Of a DNA stretch of 64,000 nucleotides, positions 1-12,249 are shown in pieces. The notes under the pieces are model-generated. The model made no database searches. It was not told the origin of the DNA and saw only the letters and a list, made by a program, of their open reading frames with translations. Location: assembly GCF_001194135.2 (NCBI RefSeq), contig NC_068981.1:79182547-79246546 (forward strand), given 5' to 3'. The stretch is from Octopus bimaculoides (Eukaryota). Position 1 is the stretch's first letter, and each line of letters begins with the position of its first letter. A program made the translations under genes and the position numbers.

Positions 1-1177
1 TTTAACCAAGGCTGATAAGCTGAAGGGTAGCACCAGATTACAGTCTGATTTAGCATAGTTTCTATGGTTGGATGCCCTTCCTAACACCAACCACTCCAAG
101 AGTGTAATGAGTGCTTTTGTGTGTCACCAGCACAGGCGCCAGCTGTGTGACACCAGTATCTGCCACAACTACAATTTCACTTGGCTTGATAGGTCTTCTC
201 AAGCACAAAGGTCTCAGTTATTTGTCATTGCCTTTGTGAGGCCCAACACTCAAAAAATGCTTTTTATGTGCCACCAACATTGGTCACATTGCCTCCAGGA
301 GGCCCAATGCTTGAAAGATGCTTTTTATGTGCCAGTTACGTGACACCAACAATGACCACAACTATGATTTCATTTGACTTGAGATGTGTTATATGCAGGC
401 ATTGTTGTGTAATTGAGTTCACTTCACAACCACATAGTCATACATTCACCCTACAATGAGGCACCTTGGGTCTCTACTATTGCCTCAGGCCAACCAATAC
501 GAGTAAAATTAGTCTTTGGATATTACATGGAAGCCTTCCATTTGTGTGTGTATATGTGTGTACTCTCCAACACCTAATTTCATGTATTGTCACTTATCAT
601 CTCCTTTCTCATTCACTCCTATTTTCCTTTACTTTCCCCAAAACAGATTTGCTATTGACTATGCCTCCACTTGTGTTCACCATTCACTACATTCACCTGC
701 GTCTCCATCTCTAACCATTTGGCACTCTCTTTTCACATTCAAGAACTTACCCAACCTCTGCACCTTTTCTCTCTTGTATTTACCTTCTTGTACCTTGAAG
801 TACCTGACACCTCAACACTATTATTATTATTTCTATTTTTCCAGCTGAGAGAGTCATGTATCTCCTCTAAAGCAAGACACCAGTTCATGTCCTACTACAA
901 GTACTTTGGCTTATCAACACCTGGCATTAACTCCTTCAATACTGCCCTTCAACTGAGTAGAAGGGTTTTTTCTTGAGTTACTTGCTGACATGCCAGTGCC
1001 ATAAAACAAAAAAAAAATCAAAACAAAGCACCCAGTACATACTATAAAGTAGCAGATGTTAAGAAAGGCATTCAATCATAGAAATCATACCAAAGACATT
1101 AGGCATTGATGCAATTCTCTGGCTTGTCAGAACCTGCCAAACCTTCAAACCTATGCCATTAACACCACAAATGAACA

Positions 1178-1755
1178 CAAGCTGTGATGTACAAGAGAGA
1201 TCAGTAGACTCATCCATTTGCAAGAGAATACCACAAAAATGTCCTAGCTTTCTCATGTATCTGTAACTGTATATTCTCTCCAAGTTCTTCTATTCTCCAC
1301 GCAACTGAATTTGCTGAAAGGCTGATACAGCCAAACATGTTAGCTTTTTCAGGACACAAGTCATTTGCTGCTTCCATCATGCACTCTTTTACAAAGTTTC
1401 CGTCAGTAAATGGTTTTCCTCGCTCTGCCAACTTATTCACTATTTTGTAACTTACATGAGTGATAGATTCATTTTCAACAAACATTTTCGTAAAGAAATT
1501 CCTTTGAGATTCCAAACTACATTTCATAGATTCAAATTTCTCAGACCGCAACTTTCCAGAATATTTAGAATGTGTTGAGAGATGTTTTGCTTCATAGTGA
1601 CGACAAATATTGTACTCCTTCATAACAGCAACACTTTTGTTGCATAGCAGGCAACTAGCTTTCTGGTCATTTGTTTCCACAAAGAAGTACTTTTCTCCCC
1701 ATTCTTTATTGAAAATGTGACATTCATCATCAACCTTTCTCTTCTTAGTAGCCAT
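1178..1755 (-). mobile_element. hAT (Buster/SPIN, GTF2IRD2-like) transposase N-terminal fragment
   Basis: MATKKRKVD...C LLC...RHYEAKH zinc finger, GKPFTDGNFVKECM, then a frameshift into DESTD..SQL (first catalytic D). Truncated against an RTE tail. Confidence 0.9.
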
Positions 1756-3020
1756 ACAATGGGTGAAGAAAAAAACCAAAAGCAGTCTTAGGCCTCGGCG
1801 TCAGATATTCTCGCTTTAATTGTAACTAGCAGGACCCGTAAATAATTCATGGAAAACAGAAAATGTAAGCATCTATAAACAGTGTACCGGTGCCATGAGA
1901 AATGTTTGCATATTATGACCGTCTGTCTTTACGTTCTGAGTTCAAATTCTTCTGAGGTCAACTTTACTTGTTGTCCTTTCGGGGTTGATAAATTAAGTAC
2001 CAGTTGTGTACTGGAGTCGATCTAATCAACTGGCCCCCTCCCCACAAAAATTTCAGGCCTAGAAAAGTATATTGTGACAGTTACAGAATATAGAAAGTAA
2101 TGTAACANNNNNNNNNNAATTTCAGGCCTAGAAAAGTATATTGTGACAGTTACAGAATATAGAAAGTAATGTAACACCAATGACTATATAATCCAACCAA
2201 AATATCTGTTACACAAACGTAAACAGAATTACTATTTAACCTTAAAATACACATACAAATAAAATGGTACATATTCAAAGAACCTTCTTGGTTAAGTGGT
2301 ACTGGACGTTTTCCTGGTATTCTTTTATTTGTTTGTCATTTCACTGTGGCCATGCTGGATCACCACCCTTTAGGCAAAATAATTGACCCCTGGACTTATT
2401 CTCGGTAAGCCTGGTGCTTATTCTATCAGTCTCTTCTGCTGAACAGCTAAACTACAAGGACGCAAACGCACCAACATTGGTTGTCAAGCAATGCTGGTGG
2501 TGGGACAAACACACACACAAACACACACTCATACATACATACATACATACATATATGATGGGCTTGGCGGTAGTGGTAATGCTGGCTGGTGCAATTTTGT
2601 GGCTTGCCGAGAGAGATACAGCAGGCACCTAACTGGTTCCCTGATCTTAAAGATGTAATGTGGATGTGTAATGATGGAGTGGCTGGTGTGCTGGTGATGC
2701 TAGGTGGTCTTCCTCACAGTACTTCATAATAGACAACATTTTGTGTGTATGTCACACCACATTTTTGGCCTTGTCTGTTACTCCAACTTTGTATCATTAC
2801 TCTTACTTTGATATTGTTCATAGCTCATGCTCTTGAAAATGCAAGATATAATTGGCCATGAGAAAATACTTTTTCAAATGTTTGCCCTTGAGCTTTATTA
2901 ATTATCATTGAATATGCAAGTCAAAGTGGAAACTGAAGTCTGTTTAGTGTGAATGGAATATTTGCATCACTTGGGCTAAGTTTAATTCTGGGAATTTTTT
3001 TTTTTTTTTTCCATTTTTTC

Positions 3021-3470
3021 TTATATACAAAAGGGTGCAGAATGTTGCACCGAAAACCAGCTGGTGGAGAATCTGCCTGGGGTTAAACCAGAAGTAACCT
3101 TGAACTACTATTTTGATGTGGAGACTGGCTTTACGGCTTAGTATACATTACTACTCTATCTCTTCTTGAGATTTTAAAATTAGGTATTTTGCTTACAATA
3201 TAGCGTTGACAGAAGTGGGTCTTAGCTATTGCTCCAGTGCACAGGTGCTCATGGCTGATGATGAGCCAAATAGCTCAGAACTGAGTCAGTCTCGTGATCC
3301 TGTTTAGCTGCTGGAGGGTAGTAGGGGATTCGCTCCACCTGCTAACAATATATTGTATATAAAGGGTGCAGAGCGTTGCACCAATAACCAGCTGGCAGAG
3401 AATCTGCCCAGGGTTAAACTAGTAGTGACATTCAACTGCTACTTTGATATAGTGACTGGCTTTACTATAT
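3021..3470 (+). mobile_element. Possible TRIM / miniature LTR element
   Basis: ~115-bp direct repeats (3021-3140 and 3355-3468); PBS-like TTGACAGAAGTGGG at 3206-19 (resembles tRNA-Leu PBS TGGTGTCAGAAGTGGGAT); purine tract GGAGGGTA at 3313-20; no ORF. Confidence 0.45.
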
Positions 3471-4626
3471 ATCATCATCATCATCATTGTTTAACATCCG
3501 CTTTCCATGCTAGCATGGGTTGGACGATTTGACTGAGGACTGGTGAAACCAGATGGCTATACCAGGCTCCAATCTGATTTGGCAGAGTTACTACAGCTGG
3601 ATGCCCTTCTTAACGCCAACCACTCAGAGAGTGTAGTGTGTGCTTTTACGTGTCACCCACACGAAGGCCAGTCAGGCGGTACTGGCAACGGCCACGCTCA
3701 AAAGGGTGTATTTTATGTGCCACCCACACAAGAGCCAGTCCAGCGGCACTGGCAATGATCTCGCTCGATATACACAGCTTCAGTAACCGTTGCAATTGCA
3801 GCCTTGCTATAATACCTTACTGTATGTGAGCGTGTATGTGTGTGTGTTATTGTCTCCGTGTTTGTTCCCCCACCACTGCTTGACAACTGGTGTTGGCTTG
3901 TTTACATCCCCCATAACTTAGCAGTTCAGCAAAAGAAACTGACAGAATAACTACCAGGCTCAAAAGGAAAAAAAATAAGTACTCTAGTCAATTCATTCAA
4001 CTAAAAGTTCTTGAAGGTGGTGCCCCAGCATGGCCACAGTCTAATGACTGAAACAAATGAAGATAAATAGGAAAGAGATAGATGTAAGTCTGGATCTATG
4101 GCAGAGGTGTTGGCCTGCTTGTGTAATTAAGAAGTTTGCCTTGCAACCACGTGGTTTTTTGTTCCGTCCTATTGCATGACACATCAGGAAAATGTTTTCT
4201 ACAATAGCCACTGACTGATTAATGCCTTGTGTGAGTAAATTTGGTAGATGGAAACTATGCAAAAGTCTGTTGCATGTGTGCACACGCGTGCTTGTCTTTT
4301 GCTACTTAGCAACCAGTCTTTGTTTGTTTATGTTTCTATAACTTAGCAATTCACAGCAAAAACAGATTAAAAGTATAAATACCAAACTTAAAATAAGTAT
4401 TGGGATTGATTTCTTTGGTTAAACCCCTCAAGGCAATACTTCAGCATAGCCACAGTCCATGTAAAAGAATAAAGACTATTAATCGCGTGCGTGCGTGCGT
4501 GTGTGAAATAAAGATCAAAGGTCCTTCCTGAGTCATAGGTTCACAAGGTCACTATTAATCGCGCGCGCGTGCGTGCATGTGAAATAAAGATCAAAGGTCC
4601 TTTCTGAGTCATAGGTTCACAAGGTC

Positions 4627-4836
4627 AGTTTCCCAAATTCTGTGGCATATATATTACCCCAATGGACAGAATATTGGACTGTCACAGGTTTACTCATTTT
4701 TGCCAGCTGAGTGGACTGGAGCAACATGAAATGAAGTGTTTTGCTCAAGAACACAATGCATCACCTGGCCCAGGAATAGAAACCACAATTTTACTACCAT
4801 GAACTCAACATCCTAACCACTAAATAATGTGCCTCT
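4627..4836 (-). mobile_element. tRNA-headed SINE, family C (second copy ~55240-55465)
   Basis: TTTAGTGGTTAGGATG A box and TTCTTGAGCAAAACACTTCATTTCA..GCTCCAGTCCACTCAGCTG shared by both copies. Confidence 0.75.
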
Positions 4837-6377
4837 ACTATATATATATATATATATATATTCCAGATTTAGAGAGAAGCAAGTATTTGCTGTAAATGTC
4901 TTCCACATTAAAAACTTTTAATCCAAGGCATTGTGCTTTTGTAACATGAATATGTTTAGAATAATCAATTCATCAGAATAGCCTAAATATATTGATGCTT
5001 CAAAATATATAAATATTGATGCTACATTGTCAGAGATCAATACTTGCATGAAAGTGAAAAAAGACAAACGAAACAAGGAAAAACTTGCAGACAAAGACTA
5101 TGTTATGCTTTCATTCTTTTAATATTAATGAGTAAAATAAAATGAAAAAAACAGCTGAAAATAAACTGAGAAAAAAATAAAATAAATTTCTTTTGTCGTT
5201 GTTTACAAAGAGGTTTATATAAATAAGATTCTGTGACAGTCAAAATTAATTGGTGATAACCATTTCTTTCAACTACTAACCAGTAACAATTGAAATTAGA
5301 TATATCAACCACAATAAATCTCACCTGGTTATCCTGATCCTCCTTCCCAATCGACGAAGATCACAAAAATAAAATACATATATATAATAGGAAGAATAAA
5401 TAAATTGAGAAAAAAGGGCACTGCCCTTGCAGTCTCAATGTAACAAAACAAAATTATTGCTACCATAGCAATGTTACCACAGAGGTTCCTATTCTACTTT
5501 TCTGTATCAACATTAAGGTAGTAGCAATATAAAACTGGTAATAGAGAAGATATGTTTAGAGAAACATGAACCAGTTATGAACCAATCTACTTTATATTGG
5601 GTAATTTGCAAACCCACACACAAAGAAAAAAAAAACACTTTGTCTATGTTCTAGGTTTGTGTCTAGTTTCAGTAATCCTTCTGAGTCTAATGAACTATCA
5701 TGTTAATGCAATCATAACATTTATCAATTAATATCACTTTTATTTTGTAATCAAAGACTAAAAAAATTAAAAGCTATTGGTGAAGAACAACACGAAAAAT
5801 TCAGTTAGTAGAAAGCTAAAGAGCCAGAATAGGTAGTGTCTTGGTTACTTTGTCACAAAGAAACCTGCCCAATGAGGTTGAAAGAAATCAGAGCCTTGTA
5901 AGCATGTGTTTCCAGTGTTACTAAAGTGACTTTGATAAATATAGGGATGGCAGATATAAAAAAATCTAGGTCAGGTTTAACTTGACTAGGATGATAAGGA
6001 TGAGGTGATATTACTGTAAGCTCAAGAAAATAAAGTGGCAGTTGAAGCTGCAAGCCCATATCTTTAGTGTCTGATTTGCAGACTATTAATCCTATTTAAG
6101 GAATTTTTAAAATTATTATTACTTTCATCATCGACAACAGTTGATGAATTAACAGATAGACAGGGTATTATGTCATAGAAAAGTAGCACAGAAAAAAAGA
6201 TAAATTAACGTAATTAGGACAAACTATATTATTTCATCTTATGACTAGACATACATACAAATATCGAGCAAAGGAAAAATTTAAATACACCCCTTAACTT
6301 TGTTTCAATTAAATATTCTTTATACAGGAGATTAGCATTTTATGAACAATATTTCTTTAAAATTTTCATGGGTACAT

Positions 6378-6383
6378 TTATTT
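6378..6383 (-). other. Candidate polyadenylation signal AATAAA for TMEM164 (another at 5739-5744)
   Basis: Hexamer ~190 nt after the stop. AATAAA is common by chance in AT-rich DNA. Confidence 0.3.
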
Positions 6384-6574
6384 TATAAAATTTGGAATGA
6401 AAATGAATTCATTTAAAAACCTTCAATAATTTATAGAAAATAATTTGTGAACTAGGGTTAATGATTAGTGGAATATTTCATACAAAGTAGCTGACTTTTA
6501 TAGTGCTGAATAAAAGCATACATTTGTTGAGGACTTCTTTAATTTACAAAGATCATTCCTCAAAAAGGCAATCA

Positions 6575-6991
6575 TCAAAATACAGGATTGGAATCCACAG
6601 GTGAGTTTGAGAGATCAGGATCTTGATTACTGGACTGATTTTCCATGTTGCGTAATCTTACTGTTTTACAATTACATGTATGATGTATAGCTGGAGATTC
6701 ACTACGGGATGAACTTGTATCATCATCAGTAATTTTTGATATGTTTTGATCACAAGAACTTTCCTTTGACAACTGTTTGTTTGACATTTTATCAAGGTTA
6801 TCTGAGTTTTCAAGATGAGTCGATGAAGTAGACTTGTCCAAAGAAATTTGAAGGCCAATCCAGTTGAGTAATTTTCCCAAGAAAGGTAAGCAAATAGCTT
6901 GGTGGAGAATAGCTATGATGCGATACATCTGACCAGAGAATGGATCTGAGACAGCAGGGCATAATATATTGTTGAGATTGACAGAGGAGAG
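6575..6991 (-). CDS. TMEM164: TMEM164 terminal coding exon (LSSVNLNNILCPAVSDPFSGQMYRI...SNPVF*)
   Basis: Acceptor ttctttttAG at 6993-6992, phase 0; VNLNNxLCPAxSDPFxG motif; TGA at 6577-6575 followed by a second TGA. Joined CDS is 1035 nt = 344 aa plus stop. Confidence 0.95.
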   Translation of the reverse strand, partial: LSSVNLNNILCPAVSDPFSGQMYRIIAILHQAICLPFLGKLLNWIGLQISLDKSTSSTHLENSDNLDKMSNKQLSKESSCDQNISKITDDDTSSSRSESPAIHHTCNCKTVRLRNMENQSSNQDPDLSNSPVDSNPVF

Positions 6992-7209
6992 CTAAAAAGA
7001 AAAAAAAGAAAATAATGAAAACAATAATAGCAACATATACTGCAAGAAAATAATAAATGCCTATAGTAAAAATTGTTTATTCACTGCAGGTATTGTGATG
7101 CATTTCTAGCAGAACATGTAGTTCTCCATTACTTCAGTTGACCACACTGCAGTAAATATTTTTTTTACTTTTGTACAAAGTTACTTAACTATAGATTTTT
7201 GTTACGTCA

Positions 7210-8050
7210 AGAGAAAGAAAGGGAGAATAAGTGACAGAATGAGTGAGAAAGAAAGGGAGAATAAGTGACAGAATGAGTGAGAAAGAGAGAGAATGAGAGA
7301 GAGAGAGAGAGAGAATGAGTGAGAGAGAGAGAATGAGTGAGAGAGAGAGAGAGAATGAGTGAGAGAGAGAGAGAGAATGAGTGAGTGAGAGAGAATGAGT
7401 GAGTGAGAGAGAGAGAGAGTGAGAGAGAGAGAGAATGAGTGAGAGAGAGAGAATGAGTGAGAGAGAGAGAATGAGTGAGTGAGAGAGAGAGTGAGAGAGA
7501 GAGAGAGAGAGAATGAGTGAGAGAGAGAATGAGTGAGAGAGAGAATGAGTGAGAAAGAGAATGAGTGAGGAAGAGAAAGAATGAGTGAGAGAGAGAAAGA
7601 ATGAGTGAGAGAGAGAAAGAATGAGTGAGAGAGAGAAAGAATGAGTGAGAGAGAGAAAGAATGAGTGTAAGAGAGAGAATGAGTGAGAGAGAGAGAATGA
7701 GTGAGAGAGAGAGAATGAGTGAGAGAGAGAGAATGAGTGAGAGAGAGAGAATGAGTGAGAAAGAGAAAGAATGAGTGAGAGAGAGAAAGAATGAGTGAGA
7801 GAGAGAAAGAATGAGTGAGAGAGAGAAAGAATGAGTGAGAGAGAGAAAGAATGAGTGAGAGAGAGAAAGAATGCATGAGAGAGAGAAAGAATGAGTGAGA
7901 AAGAGAGAAAGAATGAGTGAGAAAGAGAGAATGAATGAAAGAGAGAATGAATGAAAGAGAGAGAATGAATGAGAAAGAGAGAGAATGAATGAGAAAGAGA
8001 GAATGAGTGAGAGAGAGAGAAAGTGAGAGTGAGAGAGAAAGTATAAGTGA
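7210..8050. repeat. ~840-bp compound purine microsatellite, (GA)n interspersed with GAATGAGT/GAAAGAATGAGT units
   Basis: Directly visible; explains spurious 284-299 aa Ser/Leu/His ORFs. Confidence 0.95.
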
Positions 8051-8429
8051 GATAGATTCATCTTTTTTTCTCAAAGCAACAAATTCAAGAATTAAGTACA
8101 AGTTCTGTAGCTCTATGACTTCTGTCTATGAAACATAAGAGACGTAAGCAGAACATACATACTAATGATTTGCAACCCTTTTGGTCATGGAATGAATATT
8201 CTCATGAAATTCCTATCCTACAATTCGCTTCAAAATATTAATTTTTTTTTTTATTTATTTATCCAAGTTGGTGACATTTTTGTACTTATATAAATATCAA
8301 CTAAAAATGATACAAAATATTTCTATTGCTGTAAATATCAACCACGATAAGTGAGAAGTTTCAGTAAATGTCAATTGTTTGGATTTCATACAAGCTGAGA
8401 AATAATACAGAATTTAAAATATCATTCAA

Positions 8430-8770
8430 TCATCATCATCATCGTTTAACGTCCACTTTCCATGCTGGCATGAGTTAGAAGGTTTGGCTGAGGACTGGAA
8501 AACCAGTAGGCTGCACCAGGCTCCAATCTGATCAGGCATGGTTTCAATAGCTGGATGCCCTTCCTAACGTCAACCACTCCGAGAGTGTAGTGGGTGCTTT
8601 TTATGTGCCACTGGCATGGGAGCCAGTCAGGGGGCACTGGCACTGACCACCTTCAGATGGTGCTTTTTACGTGCCACCGGCAAGGAAGCCAGTCAGGAGG
8701 CACAAGCATTGACCATGTTTGGATGGTGCTTTTTACGTGCCACCGGCATGGGAGCCAGTTTGGATGGTGG
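8430..8770 (-). repeat. RTE 3'-tail fragment (one of >15 in the window)
   Basis: (CAT)n-TTTAACGTCC..TTTCCATGCT..CATGGG..CTACAGCTGGATGCCCTTCCTAACG motif, also near 1, 980, 3475, 10200, 11530, 14900, 16600, 22230, 33175, 41680, 52470, 61575. Confidence 0.85.
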
Positions 8771-9063
8771 AGTGTACAAAAAAAAAAATTTACCATGTCT
8801 ATACAGAGAGGTAATATAAATGGATGATGTTTGGCTGATTGTTGCTCAAAGGTAAGAGATGAGACTGAAGATGAACAAGAAATATAGAAATGGGGTGACA
8901 TAGAACAATATTGAAAATGTCAAAATTTGCAAACACAACCCACTTTACATATATGCTAAAAAACACAATATATTTGTTTAAAAAAATGGTACTGAATGTT
9001 TACTACAGATCTAGAGATGTCAAGGCAAAGAAACACAAATACCCATGCATACACACACACATA

Positions 9064-9942
9064 TTTAGTCTGATCAATAAGTATCTGGACTGTTGCCATA
9101 GTAATGAACCTAAAGCACGCAGAGTGAAGCTGCTTGGCACAGATTAACCTTGATCTCTGCTGTACATGTGCACTAAGTTTTAACATCCTAGCTCATTTCT
9201 GCTGTTTACAGCAGTGCTTGGAAGCAAGGTGTGTAGCATGTGATTGTCGCATTGACCATAACAGAGAAAGTTGAGCAGAGAATCTGAGTCAAGTTTTGCC
9301 AAAAGCTTGGCAAGACCTGCTCAGAAGCCAATGTAAAGTTTTCAAAAACTTTTCAGCGTTCTCGACACAATGAAGGACATCTTGCACAACTGAAACCCGA
9401 GTGTCTTTTTAGTCAGCTGAAAACAGTTTTGGCAAACTTGGCAGGCGCACATCTCATACCCAAATCTTCAGTGATAATGGACTGAACTGAACCATAATTA
9501 ATCTGCACATCTTCTGATAACTCACGGATGGTGAGTTGATGATTTCCCCTCACATCTGCATGCACATTTGTGATGTTTTTCTCAGTTCTGCAGGTTGCAG
9601 GTCCATCAAAATGTTAGTCAATATCAACATCTTTTAGGCCATCTTGGAAACGTCTGACCCACTCATAAACTTGTTTGTGACTCATACACTTTCTGCAACT
9701 TTGCGTAGGCCTCTGAGCAGGTATCGGCATGACAGCTTTCTCTGTCATGGTCAATGCGACGATCAGATGCTACATACCTTCCTTCCAAGCACTGCTGTAA
9801 ACAGCGGAAATGAGCTAGAATGTTAAAATTCAGTGCACATGCACAGCAATATTCAAGGTCAATCTGTGCCAAGCGGCTTCACTCTGCATGCTTTAGCTTT
9901 GTTACTATGACAACAGTCTGGATACTTATTGATCAGACCGCG
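9064..9942. mobile_element. Non-autonomous mariner with long inverted arms, TA-flanked
   Basis: TA at 9062-63 and 9943-44; GTCTGATCAATAAGTATCTGGACTGTTG at both ends, inverted for >200 bp. Minus arm encodes a decayed transposase N-terminus (CSEAYAKLQKVY...IITEDLGMR). Confidence 0.9.
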
Positions 9943-10399
9943 TATATATATATATCATCATATATATATATATATATATANNNNNNNNNNNNNNNNNNNN
10001 NNNNNNNNNNNNNNNNNNNNNNNNNNNNNNNNNNNNNNNNNNNNNNNNNNNNNNNNNNNNNNNNNNNNNNNNNNNNNNNNNNNNNNNNNNNNNNNNNNNN
10101 NNNNNNNNNNNNNNNNNNNNNNNNNNNNNNNNNNNNNNNNNNNNNNNNNNNNNNNNNNNNNNNNNNNNNNNNNNNNNNNNNNNNNNNNNNNNNNNNNNTC
10201 CAATCTGATTTGGCAGAGTTTCTACAGCTGGATGCCCTTCCTAATGCCAACTACTCCGAGAGTGTAGTGGGTGCTTTTACGTGCCACCGGAAGGTGCCAG
10301 GAAGGCAATGCTGGGCACAGGTGCCATGACAATTTCCCTTTCGCTTGCCCCAATAGGTCTTCGCAAGCCGAGTTTCGTGACCCACACATACACATACAG

Positions 10400-10446
<47 letters not shown>

Positions 10447-12249
10447 CATACACACACACATGCAAGCATAGAAGGCTGTTTAAAATGCCTTCTTGAACAT
10501 TTTCTTCTACAATTATACCAACTCCTCCAGCCTAAATCCGTAACTGGTTTATTTCTTCTATCATTAAAAACAGAAGTGCTTTTTACTTACCAAAAGTAGC
10601 ATTACTCTGACCAGATTACAAAATATATCTCACATCATGTGGAATCTTGCTAGTATGATTAAGGTTAAAATCAATAATAACAACATCTGTAGGTTATTTA
10701 ACCCTTTAGGGTTCAGGTTTTTCAGTCAAATGTAATACTTATTCATTGACATTGTTTTAAATTAATCATGCATTATCTTGTAGCCTTGAGATTTTGATGA
10801 TGTGATTATTTATTTTTAGTGTGAGAAGCTAGATCTGGATGGTTTGAGCATAAAATAAGAAGAATATTTGGGCTGGATATGGCTAGTTTAAATGCTACAG
10901 GGCTAGGACAACATATGTACTCTTCATTTCACTAGGTCTTTACATTTAAATCAAGAGCTATTACAGTGTTATGAAAAAACCCAAGAGGACCCTTCAATTG
11001 GCTGTATAAAGCAGCTAAAAAAGTAGAGGAACAAATTCACACAAACTTATACTAGTTTATGGCAAAACAACTTTGGCAGCAAACATCTCTTTCTTTGCTA
11101 AAAAAATGGCTGTCACAGATAGCAATTCTTGTTCAAACTCCCATGATCCTAATAAATCCTCTCTAAGTACTCAGACCTAGTCAAAATTTCCCATGAGAAA
11201 ATAATGTAATGAAACTGCTGTTGTCATCACTAAACTCTCATATACCTCCACATGTAATTGACTCAATAGGGACGACTGGAATACATTCAGGTTCAGAACA
11301 TTTTGAAACCACAGTTGATAAAAGACTAATTTTTTCTAATCTAGCATCAAGTGACGGGCCATTCTTAACAAAGTTAAAGAAAAAGCCAAGGGCTCCCATG
11401 TTGAAAGTCATTGATGATGTTGCTGGAGAACATATGGAATCATGCAATGTTAATTGCTGGACAATTAATACCTTTTTGGACACAGCTGCTATTACTCTTA
11501 AAGAACACCTTGGAGAAACCAGCAGTACATCATTATCATCATTTAGCATTCATTTTCCATACTGGCATGGGTTAGACAGCTTGATTGAATTCATAAGCTG
11601 GAATGCTGCACCAAGTTCCAGTCTGTTTTAGCTTGGTTTCTATGGCTGATATACCACACTGACTTGCTTATAGAACATGAATTTTGTAACCATGAATGAA
11701 ACAACCAAGTTAGCGGAAAACTATAGGCTCATTGTTTGCTTAAACTTAATGCACAAACTTTACACAAGTTGTCTGAACTATTTCCACCAGGAACATTGTG
11801 ATTAGCTCTTTCCACCTGGAAGACTGGATGCTTTTTACATGGCACCTGCACCGACAGGGTCACCAAGTAACATGCAAGACAAGGAATTTTGAGAGCAGAG
11901 GGGGCATTGAAGAAAGGGATTTTGTGTCAGATGATGAAAGGTTAGAGTGTTACCTGGTCAGAGAGAGGTACAATAAAGAGAGATAAGAAAAAGAGAGAAG
12001 AGAGAGAAGAAAAAGAGAGAAGAAAGAGAAGAAAAAGAGAGTGAGAGGAAGGGAGAGAGAGGTACAGGAAAGAAGACAGAAACAAGTGGGCTGATGTAAA
12101 GGAGATACTTGGATATCTAGCTAGAGGGAAAAGTAAGAAGACCCACCCCATACAGCAAAAATGATGTCCTAAAATCATTCTGGTTATGCTTATAACCCAT
12201 TCTGCCCCATCAAGTATTCTACACACTTCATTCCTCAAACATCCAGCCC

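Noticed and set aside
2049-2176. 59-bp direct repeat around a 10-N gap
   Set aside because: Exact contig overlap on both sides of a fixed-size gap; assembly artefact.
2560-2632. Short hydrophobic ORF MMGLAVVVMLAGAILWLAERDTAGT
   Set aside because: Begins inside a SINE microsatellite; too short, with no splice support.
5285-5345. Donor-like CCAG|GTGAGA on the minus strand downstream of TMEM164
   Set aside because: No matching acceptor, ORF or partner exon found; could be within the 3' UTR.
7202-8101. 299-aa and 284-aa ORFs
   Set aside because: Translations of a stop-free (TC)n/TCAT microsatellite; no coding signal.
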